DNA from: Vulcanimicrobiota bacterium
Lineage (GTDB): Bacteria > Vulcanimicrobiota > Vulcanimicrobiia > Vulcanimicrobiales > Vulcanimicrobiaceae
DNA: 64,000 nt
NCBI GenBank assembly: GCA_963714015.1
Contig: OY970223.1
Span: 1,120,001 to 1,184,000, forward strand
Direction: 5' to 3'
The position numbers and the translations under genes were made by a program. The notes under the pieces are model-generated. The model was not told the DNA's origin. It saw nothing but the letters and a program-made list of their open reading frames with translations, and ran no database searches. Position 1 is the stretch's first letter, and the number at the start of each line of letters is the position of its first letter. Shown here in pieces: positions 45,702-56,554 of the stretch.

Positions 45702-46170
45702 TGCGGCCGACGCGCGTCTTAAGCGTTTCTGTGGCTGCGTTGGTAAACGCGGTGGTGAGCCTCACATTCCGCGCGCTCGACGAGCGATACGGCAAGAATT
45801 GGAGGGCGTCCGGCTCTTGCGGGGCGCTCCCCTCCATCGTTCCTTGCGGCGGCAGAGCAATGGCGGCGGGAAGGGGTATCGCGTAATCCGCATTCCCGGC
45901 TGATTTCGGTCAGAGTGTGGATTGCCGGTGGCCTCGGCTCTGCACGTCTTTTGCTAATGCTAGATATCAACGTGATGGTCACCGTTCCGGTTATCGGAAG
46001 GGCTCCGATTAGGTAAAGGGATTCCACAAGCCCTGTACCATTCTGCTGCATTGGAACGTGGCGCAAAAGCGCCAGATCTATTTGCCTTCATAGGTCTGAC
46101 GGCAGCCTTTCGCGGGCTGCTCTTTGAAGAAGGCCAGACGCTCCGGTCGTTCGGTTATAGAGGAGGTTTT

Positions 46171-47160
46171 ATGGCAAGTATTATCGTGCCGTCCGATGAG
46201 AATGGCCTCATTCTGGATCCCGCCGTAAATAACATTATTAGTCAAGCCGTAAATGTTCAACCCTTCGGGTTCGAAGACGTCATCGTGTTTTCTCACGGGT
46301 GGTCTACGAATGCCGATAGCGCAATGGATGATTACGCTATCTTTTCAATTGGCCTTGCACGGACTATGTTGTTGGCGGGCACCGCCACGCCCGGGATTTT
46401 GCCTAGTCCGCCCAGATCGTCTCTCGACATCGGCATTCATTGGCCATCGGAAATCACGGAGGACTCCAGTAGCCCGCTCACTGCTCTGCAGCTATTTACG
46501 TTCTACAAAATGGAACACCGCGCCGATGCTGTCGGCAAGAACCTTGTCTATAGCGTGCTCCGTATTGCTCTTCAAGCTCGTCAGACATCCGGACCGGTGC
46601 GATTCTTATTGCTTGGTCACAGTTTCGGTTGCAAAGTCATCTGCTCCGCGCTCCAAGATCTGGCGATCGATATCTTAGATAATAGCCTCACGGTCCCGGA
46701 CGGATCGACTTGGCGAGTTGTTCTCTTGGAACCGGCGACTGATTATGACAACCTTGAGCCAAACGATATCTACGGATCCCTCAGGGAGATCGCAAGTTTG
46801 CGATTGCTCATCACCACCTCCCAAGAAGATAGGGCACTCAGCCAATGGTACCTGGACGCGGCTCGTATCGCGAATCTTTTTCACGCGCAAGACCCAACGC
46901 CGGCGCTCGGCGCCGTGGGCCCGTCGAAAGACACCGTAGCGGCTTTTGGCGGCGTGGACGCCATAGCGGTCAATACCGACTTCACTATACCTATGATTAC
47001 TGCGACGACACATCAGTTAGTCATCGCCGACCTTACGCCGGTACATCAGGCGCGTCTAGCATGTGTCCCACCTTCATACGCAGGTGGTTTATCCGGTTCG
47101 CATTCCGACATTTATTTTGAGCAAATCTATAATCTCGTTGGGGGCTTTCTGTTCTCTTAA
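46171..47160 (+). CDS. alpha/beta hydrolase-fold protein
   Basis: AGGAGG RBS; FSHGW, WPS, GHSFG nucleophile elbow, S..D.AL, GSHSDI; visibly lower GC. Confidence 0.8.
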   Translation: MASIIVPSDENGLILDPAVNNIISQAVNVQPFGFEDVIVFSHGWSTNADSAMDDYAIFSIGLARTMLLAGTATPGILPSPPRSSLDIGIHWPSEITEDSSSPLTALQLFTFYKMEHRADAVGKNLVYSVLRIALQARQTSGPVRFLLLGHSFGCKVICSALQDLAIDILDNSLTVPDGSTWRVVLLEPATDYDNLEPNDIYGSLREIASLRLLITTSQEDRALSQWYLDAARIANLFHAQDPTPALGAVGPSKDTVAAFGGVDAIAVNTDFTIPMITATTHQLVIADLTPVHQARLACVPPSYAGGLSGSHSDIYFEQIYNLVGGFLFS

Positions 47161-47593
47161 AACTACTTGTTGCAAATCACGGTGAACGAGATGCCATTAG
47201 TGCTGTCGCTCACGTTCCTGTGGCTTGCAGTGCTAAACGCCGTGCGGCATCGCGCTCCGTTGATTCCGAGCGCCCAAAACGGCCGTAAAGCTGCGGGCGA
47301 GAAATTGCAAGAATCGCCGCTACTGGAACTCCGCGCTCGATCGATTCGTTCAAAGCAATCCGCCGCTAGCGACAGATCGCCCGGGCGTTATTGCGCCGAA
47401 ACAGCGCGAGATCCCAATAGCGCCGATTGGCGCTATTTATATTCATCGTTCGGGATCGGTATCGCGACGAAAAATTGCGCGCTGATGCCCTTGACCAGAA
47501 AATAGACGTGTTGCTCGCGGGCGCCGCAGTTCCAAGGGAGTTTCGGCTGGCGCTACCTGCGCCCGTGGCCCAAACCAGCGGCATGATGCCGAA

Positions 47594-47794
47594 GTGTTCG
47601 GCGGGATGATCGTCTCGACCGTACTCAATCTTATTTTCGTGCCCGTGCTGTACGTGACGTTCGCAGCAATGCGCAAGCGCGCGACGTTACAAGTCGCGTA
47701 CTCCGGCTCGCATGCCGCGCCTGGTAACGGAGCCAAGGTTCACAGTGAGAGCGGCGCTGCCGCGAACTTCATCTCCGGCGGGGAGGTGGACTGA
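47594..47794 (+). pseudogene. C-terminal TM fragment of an RND (AcrB-like) efflux permease
   Basis: VFGGMIVSTVLNLIFVPVLYV is the canonical RND last TM; the rest of the gene is absent. Confidence 0.75.
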
Positions 47795-48096
47795 GCGATG
47801 TTCTCGGCGCATCAACAAAATTATTTCATCGCTGGGGTGTGCTTGTGGGAGCAGCCGCCGCACAAAAAAGCCGCATAGGCACATTCGCCTCCCGTTCCGC
47901 GGACAGCGCGAAAGGCGCCAAGAGTTCGTACGAGCTTCATGCTGAGCGCTCCCTATAAGCAGTGTGTTTGCTCTAAGGTGCGCCCGCCGGGCGCCCGCGT
48001 ACTGCGAGGAACCACCACTTTTACGGTTAGCGCGTCGTGACGCACCCTACGGGTGGCACGCCGTCAAGGTCGAAGGCTCCCGCAGAGGGACACGCC

Positions 48097-49893
48097 ATGT
48101 TAGGTACCGTCGCCCAACCGCTTTCTCCAAGCCGGCATTCGTCGCGGACGAGCGCAACACGCTCGCTCCTTGCCGTAATAATGCTGGTCGCAACGATTCT
48201 GTTCGTGTTGTTCGACAGCGCGGCATTGATTACGGTCTGGAAAGGATGGATTCAATACCAGGGCGTTGATTTTACGCAGCAAGGCGCAAGGGTCGTTGTC
48301 GCCGACGTCACGGACCCAACGTTGTATCGGCGCGGCGTGCGGCCCGGACAAACGATCGGCTGGCGCGGGCGCTCCGAGTGGCGCGCGGCGTTTCCGCGGC
48401 CGGGTGACACCGTGCAAGTGAATACCCCTTCCGGCCGCGTACCGGTTCGCGCGGCGTATCAGCGTTTTTCGCCGGCCCTTGCCGCTGTTGCGCTAATCAG
48501 CATTTTGGGCGCCATCGCGGTGCTGATCTTCGCCGGCATTCTGTGCTACCGAAAACCGGGCATCCTAACGATAGCGTTCTGGTTGTTCGTTGCCACGGAC
48601 TTCAACGTCGGGTGGCTCATGAACGTGTACGCTCAAGCACCCGAACCTGCAGGCTACGTTCTCGTCCTGTTCGTCCTGGCGGTCCTTGGTGGTTGGGGGT
48701 ATTATCCGCTCGTGTGGTTTGCGCTGCGCTTTCCCGACGATCGCATTAACGGCAGGGCAATGCGCATTGCAGACTACTGCTGGACGGCGATAAGCGTAAT
48801 AGCACTGGCGTGGTTCCTCTACGATCTCTCGCGCGCGACGTTCCCGGGAGCGAGCCCCAGCGTGCCGATGCAGAACCAATTTTGGCGCTATACGCTTCCG
48901 CAAAACATTCCGAATGTCACCGCGCTCGTGGCGTTTCTTTGGGTGTACGGGCGCTCTACCGAAGCGGCGCGGCAACGCGCACTGTGGGCGATCGTCGGTT
49001 TTATGTTGATGATCGCGTTCGAGACGATTGGCAACTTCGCGTCGGAAATTGCGCCCGGACTCTATCTTATCGGCAACATCGCCCTCATGCTCGCAGCCTT
49101 CTGCCCTCTCGCGCTCGTGTATGCCGTGCTGCGTCATCACCTCCTGGACATCTCGTTCGTCGTGAACCGAGCCCTCGTGTACACGGCGCTAACGGCGCTC
49201 ATCGTGCTCGTCGTCGGCTTCGTGGACTGGCTGGCGGGCAAGTACCTGTTCGAGACGCGTGCCGCTTTAGCAGTGGAAGCGACCGCGATCATCGGTCTGG
49301 GTTTTTTGCTGCAGCGCGTTCACGGTGCGCTGGAACGTGCGGTCGATCGCCTTATTTTTGCATCCCGTCATTCGGCGGAACGCCATATTGAACGAGTTAT
49401 CGCCGGGCTCGCCTTCGCGCAGACGCATAATGCGATCTTGAGAGCGCTTGTAGAAGAGCCGCGCGTTGCGCTGGATCTCACCTCTTGCGGCATATTCATC
49501 GACGGTGCCGCCGCTTTCACGCTCAGGTTCGAATCGGGCTGGACGATTGACGAGGGCGCAAAAATCGAAAGCGACGACCCGTTAGCGCGATTACTGCATT
49601 CGGAGCGGCGGCCCATCAGCATCGCAGAGGCGCATTGGCAGCCGACGATCGGGGGCCTTGCCGCCGGAACTTTGGATATTGCAATGCCGCTCTTTTCGCG
49701 CAATCATCTGCTCGGCATGGCGCTCTACGGAAGGCACCGCAACGGATCCGCAATCGATCCCGAAGAGCGCAATCTCCTGTACCGCCTCTGCGAAGCTGCG
49801 GCGGTTGCTTACGAAGCAGTCGAACTCAGCCGTGCGCGCGAAGAAGTCGCAGCGCTGCGTTCGCAGCTTGCAGTTCGCCTTCCGGCGGAGTGA
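48097..49893 (+). CDS. multi-pass membrane sensor (PDZ-like, ~8 TM, GAF-like), no output domain; start uncertain
   Basis: GVRPGQTI, FALRFP, YAVLRHHLLDI..VVNRALVY, VDRLIF, C-terminal MPL..LLGMALYG..DPEE..LL. Confidence 0.8.
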   Translation: MLGTVAQPLSPSRHSSRTSATRSLLAVIMLVATILFVLFDSAALITVWKGWIQYQGVDFTQQGARVVVADVTDPTLYRRGVRPGQTIGWRGRSEWRAAFPRPGDTVQVNTPSGRVPVRAAYQRFSPALAAVALISILGAIAVLIFAGILCYRKPGILTIAFWLFVATDFNVGWLMNVYAQAPEPAGYVLVLFVLAVLGGWGYYPLVWFALRFPDDRINGRAMRIADYCWTAISVIALAWFLYDLSRATFPGASPSVPMQNQFWRYTLPQNIPNVTALVAFLWVYGRSTEAARQRALWAIVGFMLMIAFETIGNFASEIAPGLYLIGNIALMLAAFCPLALVYAVLRHHLLDISFVVNRALVYTALTALIVLVVGFVDWLAGKYLFETRAALAVEATAIIGLGFLLQRVHGALERAVDRLIFASRHSAERHIERVIAGLAFAQTHNAILRALVEEPRVALDLTSCGIFIDGAAAFTLRFESGWTIDEGAKIESDDPLARLLHSERRPISIAEAHWQPTIGGLAAGTLDIAMPLFSRNHLLGMALYGRHRNGSAIDPEERNLLYRLCEAAAVAYEAVELSRAREEVAALRSQLAVRLPAE

Positions 49894-49919
49894 CGGCCGC
49901 TCCACGGTAAAAGAGTCCG

Positions 49920-50450
49920 CTAAGGTGCGCTCGGCGAGGGAATGTCCGCGGTCTTCAGATTGATGCGAAAGGCAGGACCGGCCGGACCACCCTGATCCAC
50001 AAGCAGAACCTTCGTCGGCGAATAATCGGCCGGTAATACGAATTGCATGGTTTCCCGCGCCGCGGCGCCCGGTTGCAGCGAGTAGAATGCGCTGTAGACG
50101 GTCACCGGTTTACCGTCAACGACCACGCCGTCAGCATCCGCGAGCGATCCCGCAAAGTAGCCGGTGCGTTCGGATTTTGTGCCGTTGGAGACTAACCAGG
50201 ACAGCACGATAGCGCGCTGGCCGGTCACAGGCGTGAATTCCGCCGCAGTTGAGGGTCTTATCGCCATCTTTCGAATACGAATTTTTCCGTTGAACAACGT
50301 CGACGAAAGACTTCCACTTACTCCTGAAAGTTGATTTGCGCCGCCGGGAATGGGCTTAGGGGTGGCGGAGACGCCCGGCTGCGCGCTTGAGAGCACGAGC
50401 CCAATCGTGGCAAAGCTAAAAAGCATTGCGAGAGCAATAGTGTTTTTCAT
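49920..50450 (-). CDS. secreted hypothetical protein (Ig-like/DUF4352-like)
   Basis: signal peptide; LQPGAAAR..FVLP; TAGGGT 6 nt before ATG. Confidence 0.7.
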   Translation of the reverse strand: MKNTIALAMLFSFATIGLVLSSAQPGVSATPKPIPGGANQLSGVSGSLSSTLFNGKIRIRKMAIRPSTAAEFTPVTGQRAIVLSWLVSNGTKSERTGYFAGSLADADGVVVDGKPVTVYSAFYSLQPGAAARETMQFVLPADYSPTKVLLVDQGGPAGPAFRINLKTADIPSPSAP

Positions 50451-50569
50451 GAGCTCACCCTAACAGGGCAATCTTCCGGAAGCAATGAGCCAAAATGCTG
50501 ACTCACCGGAGTGAGACGCGTGCGCTTGCCCGCTTACGCTGGGGCCCGCGTAAGGTCTTGCACGTCACC

Positions 50570-51616
50570 TTATTGCGCCGGCTCGGATGTGAGCACCATG
50601 CGGAATCGCGCTTTCCCGCTCAACATGCGCTCGTAGGCCTCTTGCGCGCGTTCGAGCGGCATCGTTTCGACCAGCGGCCGCACACCGGTAAGGACCGCGA
50701 ACCGCATCGTTTCTTCCGAATCGACGCACGTTCCGGAAGGCCAGCCTTTAATCGAAAGCCGCCCGCCGATCATTGTCGCTGTATTCAGTTGCATCGGTTC
50801 GTGCGCCGCGCCGAGCACCAACATCTCACCGTCGATGCGCAATCCGCCGAATGCCGCTTCCATCGCTTTGGCGGACGTCGCCGTGAACGCGATGACCTTC
50901 GCGCCGCCGAGCCGCTGCAGTTCCGCCGCAACGTCCGCCCACGTGGAGTCGATGTAATGATGCGCGCCCAATTCGCGCGCCAGCGCCGCTTTGTCTTCAC
51001 CGCGCGCGATGCCGACGGTCTCAAATCCCATCTTTGCCGCGAATTGAATCGCCAGATGTCCTAAGCCGCCAATGCCGAGCACCGCAACGAGATCTCCGGC
51101 GCGTGCCGGCGAATGGCGCAGTGAGTTATAGGTCGTGACGCCCGCGCACATCAGCGGCGCCGCTTGGGCCGCGGAGAGGTCGTCCGGGATGCGTGCGAGT
51201 GCGACGGCCGGAGCGATAACATACTGCGAATATCCGCCGTCGTAAGCGAAACCGGGAATCTGCAAATTTCGGCACGCGAGAAAATCGCCGCGACGGCAGC
51301 GATCGCACGTGCCGTCGTGACCGCCGTGCCATCCGACGCCGGCGCGATCGGCGATCTTCCAACCGGAAACGCCGTCGCCGAGCGCATCGATGGTTCCGGC
51401 AATCTCATGACCCGGCGCGCGCGGAAAGACGATGGCCGGCCAAGCGTTATTGACCGCCATGAAATCGCTGTGGCAGATTCCGCACGCGTCGACTCGGATG
51501 CGCACAGTGCCTGGTGAAGGCTGTGGTATAGGGAGTTCGTACCGTTCGAGGCGATGGTCGTCCGCCGACGGCACGCGCATCGCGAGCATGGTCCTCGTTG
51601 CTGATTGAGTAGGCAT
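50570..51616 (-). CDS. zinc-dependent alcohol dehydrogenase
   Basis: CGICHSD, PGHEIAG, CDRCRRG..C, APLMCAG, GIGGLGH. Confidence 0.94.
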   Translation of the reverse strand: MPTQSATRTMLAMRVPSADDHRLERYELPIPQPSPGTVRIRVDACGICHSDFMAVNNAWPAIVFPRAPGHEIAGTIDALGDGVSGWKIADRAGVGWHGGHDGTCDRCRRGDFLACRNLQIPGFAYDGGYSQYVIAPAVALARIPDDLSAAQAAPLMCAGVTTYNSLRHSPARAGDLVAVLGIGGLGHLAIQFAAKMGFETVGIARGEDKAALARELGAHHYIDSTWADVAAELQRLGGAKVIAFTATSAKAMEAAFGGLRIDGEMLVLGAAHEPMQLNTATMIGGRLSIKGWPSGTCVDSEETMRFAVLTGVRPLVETMPLERAQEAYERMLSGKARFRMVLTSEPAQ

Positions 51617-51710
51617 GGCCTCATCAACCGTCGCCCATCACCGGCGGTTTCATGCCATGCTCGCGTGTACGATACTTCGCAACCACGAGTAGCGCCGTCC
51701 GAGTATTACC

Positions 51711-51922
51711 GCTATTGATACGTTAACAGATCCGGCCGCGGCGAAAACCGCATCGCGTCGGCAGCGGAGAACATGTCGACATCCTGATGATAGAACAGCT
51801 TTAGTCCGATGAACGCGCCATGGCGGTCCTCGCTTAAGAGTCGATACTTACTCATCTTTCCGGCGCGCGATCCGAATCCGTCGACGTGACTCGGCTGCAC
51901 GTCGAGAATCAGCAGACCGTGT
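51711..51922 (-). pseudogene. internally deleted partial duplicate of 52888-53772
   Basis: 51711-51889 matches 52887-53065 and 51890-51922 matches 53351-53383. Confidence 0.9.
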
Positions 51923-52088
51923 AGCCTATGAAATGTGGACACTACGTACAAGGCGGCGGTTCAAACGACTACCCGCCGCGATGTCGTCTTAGTGCGCGCA
52001 CCGCAGCCTGAGTCCCGCGGTCCTGGGCGGCCCGCTTCATGGACTTTCACCCTAAGGATTAACCACCGCGGAGCAGGAATTCCACCGC

Positions 52089-52769
52089 GTGCGCGACTTT
52101 CGACAAGCGCGGGAACGGCGTCGTTTCTACTTGGAGCGCGGCATGAAGCGGACTCCGCGGGGAGCAGGCAGCGACCTGACGTTCCTTATGACGCTCCCTT
52201 TGGCGGAGGTAGAATTGCGTCCTGAAGACTTCGGAGACGTTCCGGCATTGGTCGTTGGCGGTGTGGCGGCGCGCGCATATGCGCCGGAGCGGCACACCAA
52301 GGACATCAATTTCCTAATTGAGCACGAGCGATTCCCTGACGCGAAAGCGCGGCTACGCGGCCTGGGATATTGCTTTCTGCGTTCGCTCGCGTTTCCAAAT
52401 ACGGGATTAGGTCTCTATGGCGAGGCGTACTCGAAAGAGCAAGTAGAAGTTGACATAATTTCGAGTCCGCAAGAATGGTGTCGGCAGGCCTTCCAGGGCC
52501 GTGTCGAAGACCGGACCGGATTGCGCGTTATTCCGCTAAGCTACTTTGTTCTCATGAAATTAGACTCCGCCCGAGGCGTGGATCAGGGTGATCTGACGCG
52601 CGTTTTGGGACGGCTAAATGAAAATGAAATAGAACAGTTGGTCGCGGTGACTGGAAAGTACTCGGCAGATCCTGAAATTGCGGAAGACGTGCGTCAATAC
52701 GCAGCCCTTGGCCGCTGGGAATTAGAATCTGAGCCGCAAGATCAGCAGGGTCGGCCTGGCGACAAATAA
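52089..52769 (+). CDS. minimal nucleotidyltransferase-like protein
   Basis: VVGGVAARAYAPERHTKDINFL, VDII, VLMKL..R..D.GDL. Confidence 0.7.
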   Translation: MRDFRQARERRRFYLERGMKRTPRGAGSDLTFLMTLPLAEVELRPEDFGDVPALVVGGVAARAYAPERHTKDINFLIEHERFPDAKARLRGLGYCFLRSLAFPNTGLGLYGEAYSKEQVEVDIISSPQEWCRQAFQGRVEDRTGLRVIPLSYFVLMKLDSARGVDQGDLTRVLGRLNENEIEQLVAVTGKYSADPEIAEDVRQYAALGRWELESEPQDQQGRPGDK

Positions 52770-52887
52770 ATCTTGCGCTTCTGTCCCATTTTGTGGTATC
52801 CAACCGGCGAACGGGCGCTGAAGCCGAATTGTTAATACTTCCATGCTCATCGACACCACCGCTAAGCCCGGGCTGAAGCATCTACGG

Positions 52888-53772
52888 CTATTGATACGTT
52901 AACAGGTCCGGTCGCGGCGAAAACCGCATCACGTCGGCAGCGGAAAACATGTCGATATCCTGCTGATAGAACATCTTTAGTCCGATGAATGCGCCGTGGC
53001 GGTCCTGGCTTAAGAGTCGATACTTACTCATCTTTCCGGCGCGCGATCCGAATCCGTCGACGTGAAAAACGATCGCCAAATCTGGCCGAATTCGTACACG
53101 CTCGCGCCCCTGTATCATGTCGCTCGTAAATTGATGGATGATAAGAAGTTTCTGCGGCAAGCGGTACTGCCTGATCAAGCTGGAGAGATAGGCCGATACC
53201 GCGTTCACCGTAGCCGCGTTCGTGCTCCCGATTACATCTCCGGGCACTTGACCCGGACCCATGCTCCACTCCGAATCCATCGCGAGTGATACGTCGGGCT
53301 CTCGCAAAAAGCGCTCGAAGCGCTCGACATACGGCAAGAACGGCGCGCGGCCCGGCTGCACGTCGAGGATCAGCAAACCGTGTGCGCTGCGAATTATGTC
53401 GAGATACCGCTGCACGGTATCGTCGTCAATCGCAGCGCTATATGCATTGTTGATTCCCGGCGAGCGTTGCGCGACCACCGCGATCAGTTCGAAGGCTGGA
53501 ATGACGGGTTCTCCATACCGCGCATACGCCTGTGCCGTTCCCTCGAGTTTCGGCAAGATTGTCGCAGGCGACGCGGTTCCCAAAATTCCCATGGCAGGGA
53601 CGCCCGCCGCGCCGTAATAAGCGACGACGCGATGCCCCGGAAAGAGCACAGGCGGCGGAAAGGCGGTAGCGCGCGGTGTGGGAGACGGCGAGCGTGCTAT
53701 GCGATGGGATGGTGCGGCGCAGGCCGTCAGTGCGAGAGTTGTGATGAGAACGAACGCCGCCGTACGTTGCAT
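52888..53772 (-). CDS. conserved lipoprotein, possible TIM-barrel/glycosidase-like
   Basis: LTAC lipobox; RVVAYYG..MGILG, ILDVQPG, LAMDSEW, IHQF, HVDGFG, GLKMFY. Confidence 0.75.
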   Translation of the reverse strand: MQRTAAFVLITTLALTACAAPSHRIARSPSPTPRATAFPPPVLFPGHRVVAYYGAAGVPAMGILGTASPATILPKLEGTAQAYARYGEPVIPAFELIAVVAQRSPGINNAYSAAIDDDTVQRYLDIIRSAHGLLILDVQPGRAPFLPYVERFERFLREPDVSLAMDSEWSMGPGQVPGDVIGSTNAATVNAVSAYLSSLIRQYRLPQKLLIIHQFTSDMIQGRERVRIRPDLAIVFHVDGFGSRAGKMSKYRLLSQDRHGAFIGLKMFYQQDIDMFSAADVMRFSPRPDLLTYQ

Positions 53773-53820
53773 GCATGCTTCATTCCCCGCATTGTGCGGA
53801 CGACACGTCGGCGGCCCACG

Positions 53821-56514
53821 TCACGTGGCAAGGTACGGACCGATGTGGCTGCGCGACGAGATACTGAGCTTTCGGTAGACGGATGCCAGGTGCTTCTCAA
53901 CCGTCTTGTGCGTTATCGAAAGACTATGCGCAATCTCCAAATTGGACCGGCCGTTTGCGGCGAGTGTAGCGACTTCGCGTTCGCGCGCCGAAAGCGTCGC
54001 GACGGCACCGTGCCCGGTCGGGCGGTCGGTTTCGAGTCGGCTGATGTCATACCTTGCGCCGCAGCGTCGAAATAGGACGAGCGCTGCTTCGATATCGCCC
54101 GCGACTTCAAGCGCGGCGGCCTCGAGAAGGGGAATTCGAAGGCGCCGAAAACCCTCGGCCGCTTTCTTCGCGAGCGCGGCGGCTTCGTCTTCGCGTGCGG
54201 TCCGCAAGCACACGATCGCATCGAACAAAGCAAGTGTGGGGGCCTCGGGCAATTCATCCGACGTATCTGCCGCTCGGACGAGGTATCCGCGTGCACGTGA
54301 CCGATCTGCCGCCTCACCGTAGCGCGCCAGGGCGAGCATCGTTAGCGGCTCGCCCCGCACCATTTCGGCTTTGGGAAGTGCACGGCGCAGCAGCGCAGCA
54401 GCGTCGTGGAGCCGGCCGCGGCGGACCATGATTTCGGCAAAGCCATAGCCGCACTCGATTTCCGGGGCCGCGGATATTGTGCTTTCGAATCCGTCGAACC
54501 ATTTGTGGATCAAGGCTTCATCATCTAAATGCGCCCCGATGACGGTTCCCGCCGCGGTCGCGAACGTCACATTAACGCGGTTGTCGGTCGTCGTCGGCAC
54601 CAGCTCGACGGCGGTACGAGCACGCTCGAGATCTCCGCTCAAGACATAGCAGAGCGCAGCCGTCGCATGAGCGCACTCTTCAGCGTGCCGGTTCCGCGAT
54701 TCGCGCGCGATCGCAAGCGCACGCTCGACGTTCTCGAGCGCTTCTTCATGCAGACCGAACGACGAAAAGCACTTCGCGCCGTTGTAGTGTGCGCCTGCGA
54801 CCGCCCCCGCGCCGCGCGAACGGGCCGCCTCGAGCCAACTCGCATGCTCGCGGCGAAAGCGAGCGACATCGCCAATCAGGGTGGCGACCCAAGTTGCGAC
54901 ATTGTGGAACCGAACTCGGATGTCGGACGCGATGTTAAGCGCCCGTGGATCGACTCGTTCAAGATGATATTCGGCCCGCGTAGGAGATCCTAATGTGGCG
55001 GCCAGCCAGGCGACGCCGCAATGGAGTCGACTTCGGGCCAAGTATTCATTGGAGTCTAGCCGTGCGAGCATCTCTTCCAAAGGGGCTGTTGTATCGGACA
55101 GGCTGATCGTGTAGGCAGTGATCGCCCCGCGGACTCGGCAGACGGCCTCGCGCTCGTGAGAACCCGCGCCACGAAACGCGTCGGCGGCGGCTCGGTACGA
55201 AGCCTCACCCTCCGCGGTCAACGTCAGCACGATACGGCGATCCGCAATCTTTTCCAGGATCGAGCCTCGTACGACCGCCTCGATGCCGGGTAACTCGAGC
55301 GCGCGTTCGTAGCAAGTAATGGCGTCCTCGTGAGCGTGGACGCGTGCAGCTTCGTCGCCGGCAAGCGCGTTATATCGGGCCGATCGCGCCGGGTCTCCCG
55401 CGGCCCACCAATGAAAACCGAGCGCTTCTAAAGAGCCCTTTTCTGACGCCGAGGTCTCGAGCGCCAGCGCGATCGCGCGATGTCGCGGCTGCATCTCAGC
55501 GTCGAGAACATTGCCGTAAATAGCCTCTCGCGTCAAGTCGTGGCGGAAGCGGAACAACCCGGCTCCAATTTCTTCGACGAGTTGGAAATCCCGCGCACGG
55601 CGCAAGGTCGAGAGCAACAGCTCTTCTTCGGTCTCCAGCGTCGTAGCGAGGAGCTGCAAGCCGAACGTGCGCCCGATCACCGCCGCTTGCGTCAGGATGC
55701 GTCTTTGAGCGTCGTCGAACGGGCGTAAACGCTCGAGCAGCGTCGCGCGAACCATCTGCGGAAGCTCGCGGTCTCTGGCAAAGCTGACGTGCTCCGAACT
55801 TTTCTCGACGGCGCTTTTGAGCAGCTCCTCGGTGAAGAATGGATTTCCGTCAGCCGCAAGCGCGACCGCCCGGCGCGTCTCTTCGGGTAACGCGATGCCT
55901 GCCAGCGCTTCGTCGATGAACGTTCGCAGTTCGGTACCGCGCAGCGGGGCAAGATCGATTCGACCCGCCCGCGCGTTTCGCGCGATCTTCGCGACGGCGA
56001 CAGTCGCGGGATTCTCCGAGTTAAGTTCGTCGGTACGGAATGACGCGATGACCAAAACGCGCATGCGCTGCAGTTTCGAGCCGAGATAGGCGAGCAGCTC
56101 CAACGTCGCCGCGTCGGCCCAATGCAAGTCTTCGATAACGACGCCTAGCGCGGTGCGTGAAGCAATCGAAGCTAAACGATCGATGATCGCGTCGAACTGC
56201 TCGCGCTTCGTCGCCGCGCCGAGCTCGAACGGACGTGTATCGACGCGCGCGAGCACGTCAATGATTGGTCCATACGGCCGGCTCGCGAACTCCAAGCAAG
56301 TGCCTTGACCGATTTTCCAGCGCGAGTACACCAGTGAGCCGCAGAACTCTGCGATCAATCGCGATTTGCCGACCCCGGCATCACCGGCGATTAGCACCAG
56401 GCCACCATGAGAAGAGGCCGCTTCGAGCCGGCGCTCGCGCAAATATGCGAGCTCCTCGCGGCGTCCTACAAATGGCCGGCAAAGCACAGGTCGGACGATC
56501 ACATCGGTCGCCAT
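53821..56514 (-). CDS. AAA-ATPase/LuxR (LAL/MalT-like STAND) transcriptional regulator
   Basis: GDAGVGKS, IEDLHWAD, GNPFF, FRH.L.RE, TPR-like region, LSAREREVA..SNLEIA..TVEKHL..YRKL. Confidence 0.93.
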   Translation of the reverse strand: MATDVIVRPVLCRPFVGRREELAYLRERRLEAASSHGGLVLIAGDAGVGKSRLIAEFCGSLVYSRWKIGQGTCLEFASRPYGPIIDVLARVDTRPFELGAATKREQFDAIIDRLASIASRTALGVVIEDLHWADAATLELLAYLGSKLQRMRVLVIASFRTDELNSENPATVAVAKIARNARAGRIDLAPLRGTELRTFIDEALAGIALPEETRRAVALAADGNPFFTEELLKSAVEKSSEHVSFARDRELPQMVRATLLERLRPFDDAQRRILTQAAVIGRTFGLQLLATTLETEEELLLSTLRRARDFQLVEEIGAGLFRFRHDLTREAIYGNVLDAEMQPRHRAIALALETSASEKGSLEALGFHWWAAGDPARSARYNALAGDEAARVHAHEDAITCYERALELPGIEAVVRGSILEKIADRRIVLTLTAEGEASYRAAADAFRGAGSHEREAVCRVRGAITAYTISLSDTTAPLEEMLARLDSNEYLARSRLHCGVAWLAATLGSPTRAEYHLERVDPRALNIASDIRVRFHNVATWVATLIGDVARFRREHASWLEAARSRGAGAVAGAHYNGAKCFSSFGLHEEALENVERALAIARESRNRHAEECAHATAALCYVLSGDLERARTAVELVPTTTDNRVNVTFATAAGTVIGAHLDDEALIHKWFDGFESTISAAPEIECGYGFAEIMVRRGRLHDAAALLRRALPKAEMVRGEPLTMLALARYGEAADRSRARGYLVRAADTSDELPEAPTLALFDAIVCLRTAREDEAAALAKKAAEGFRRLRIPLLEAAALEVAGDIEAALVLFRRCGARYDISRLETDRPTGHGAVATLSAREREVATLAANGRSNLEIAHSLSITHKTVEKHLASVYRKLSISSRSHIGPYLAT

Positions 56515-56554
56515 ATTCGCCGTACGGAGCTGCGAGCCTACCGTGGTTTCCTGA

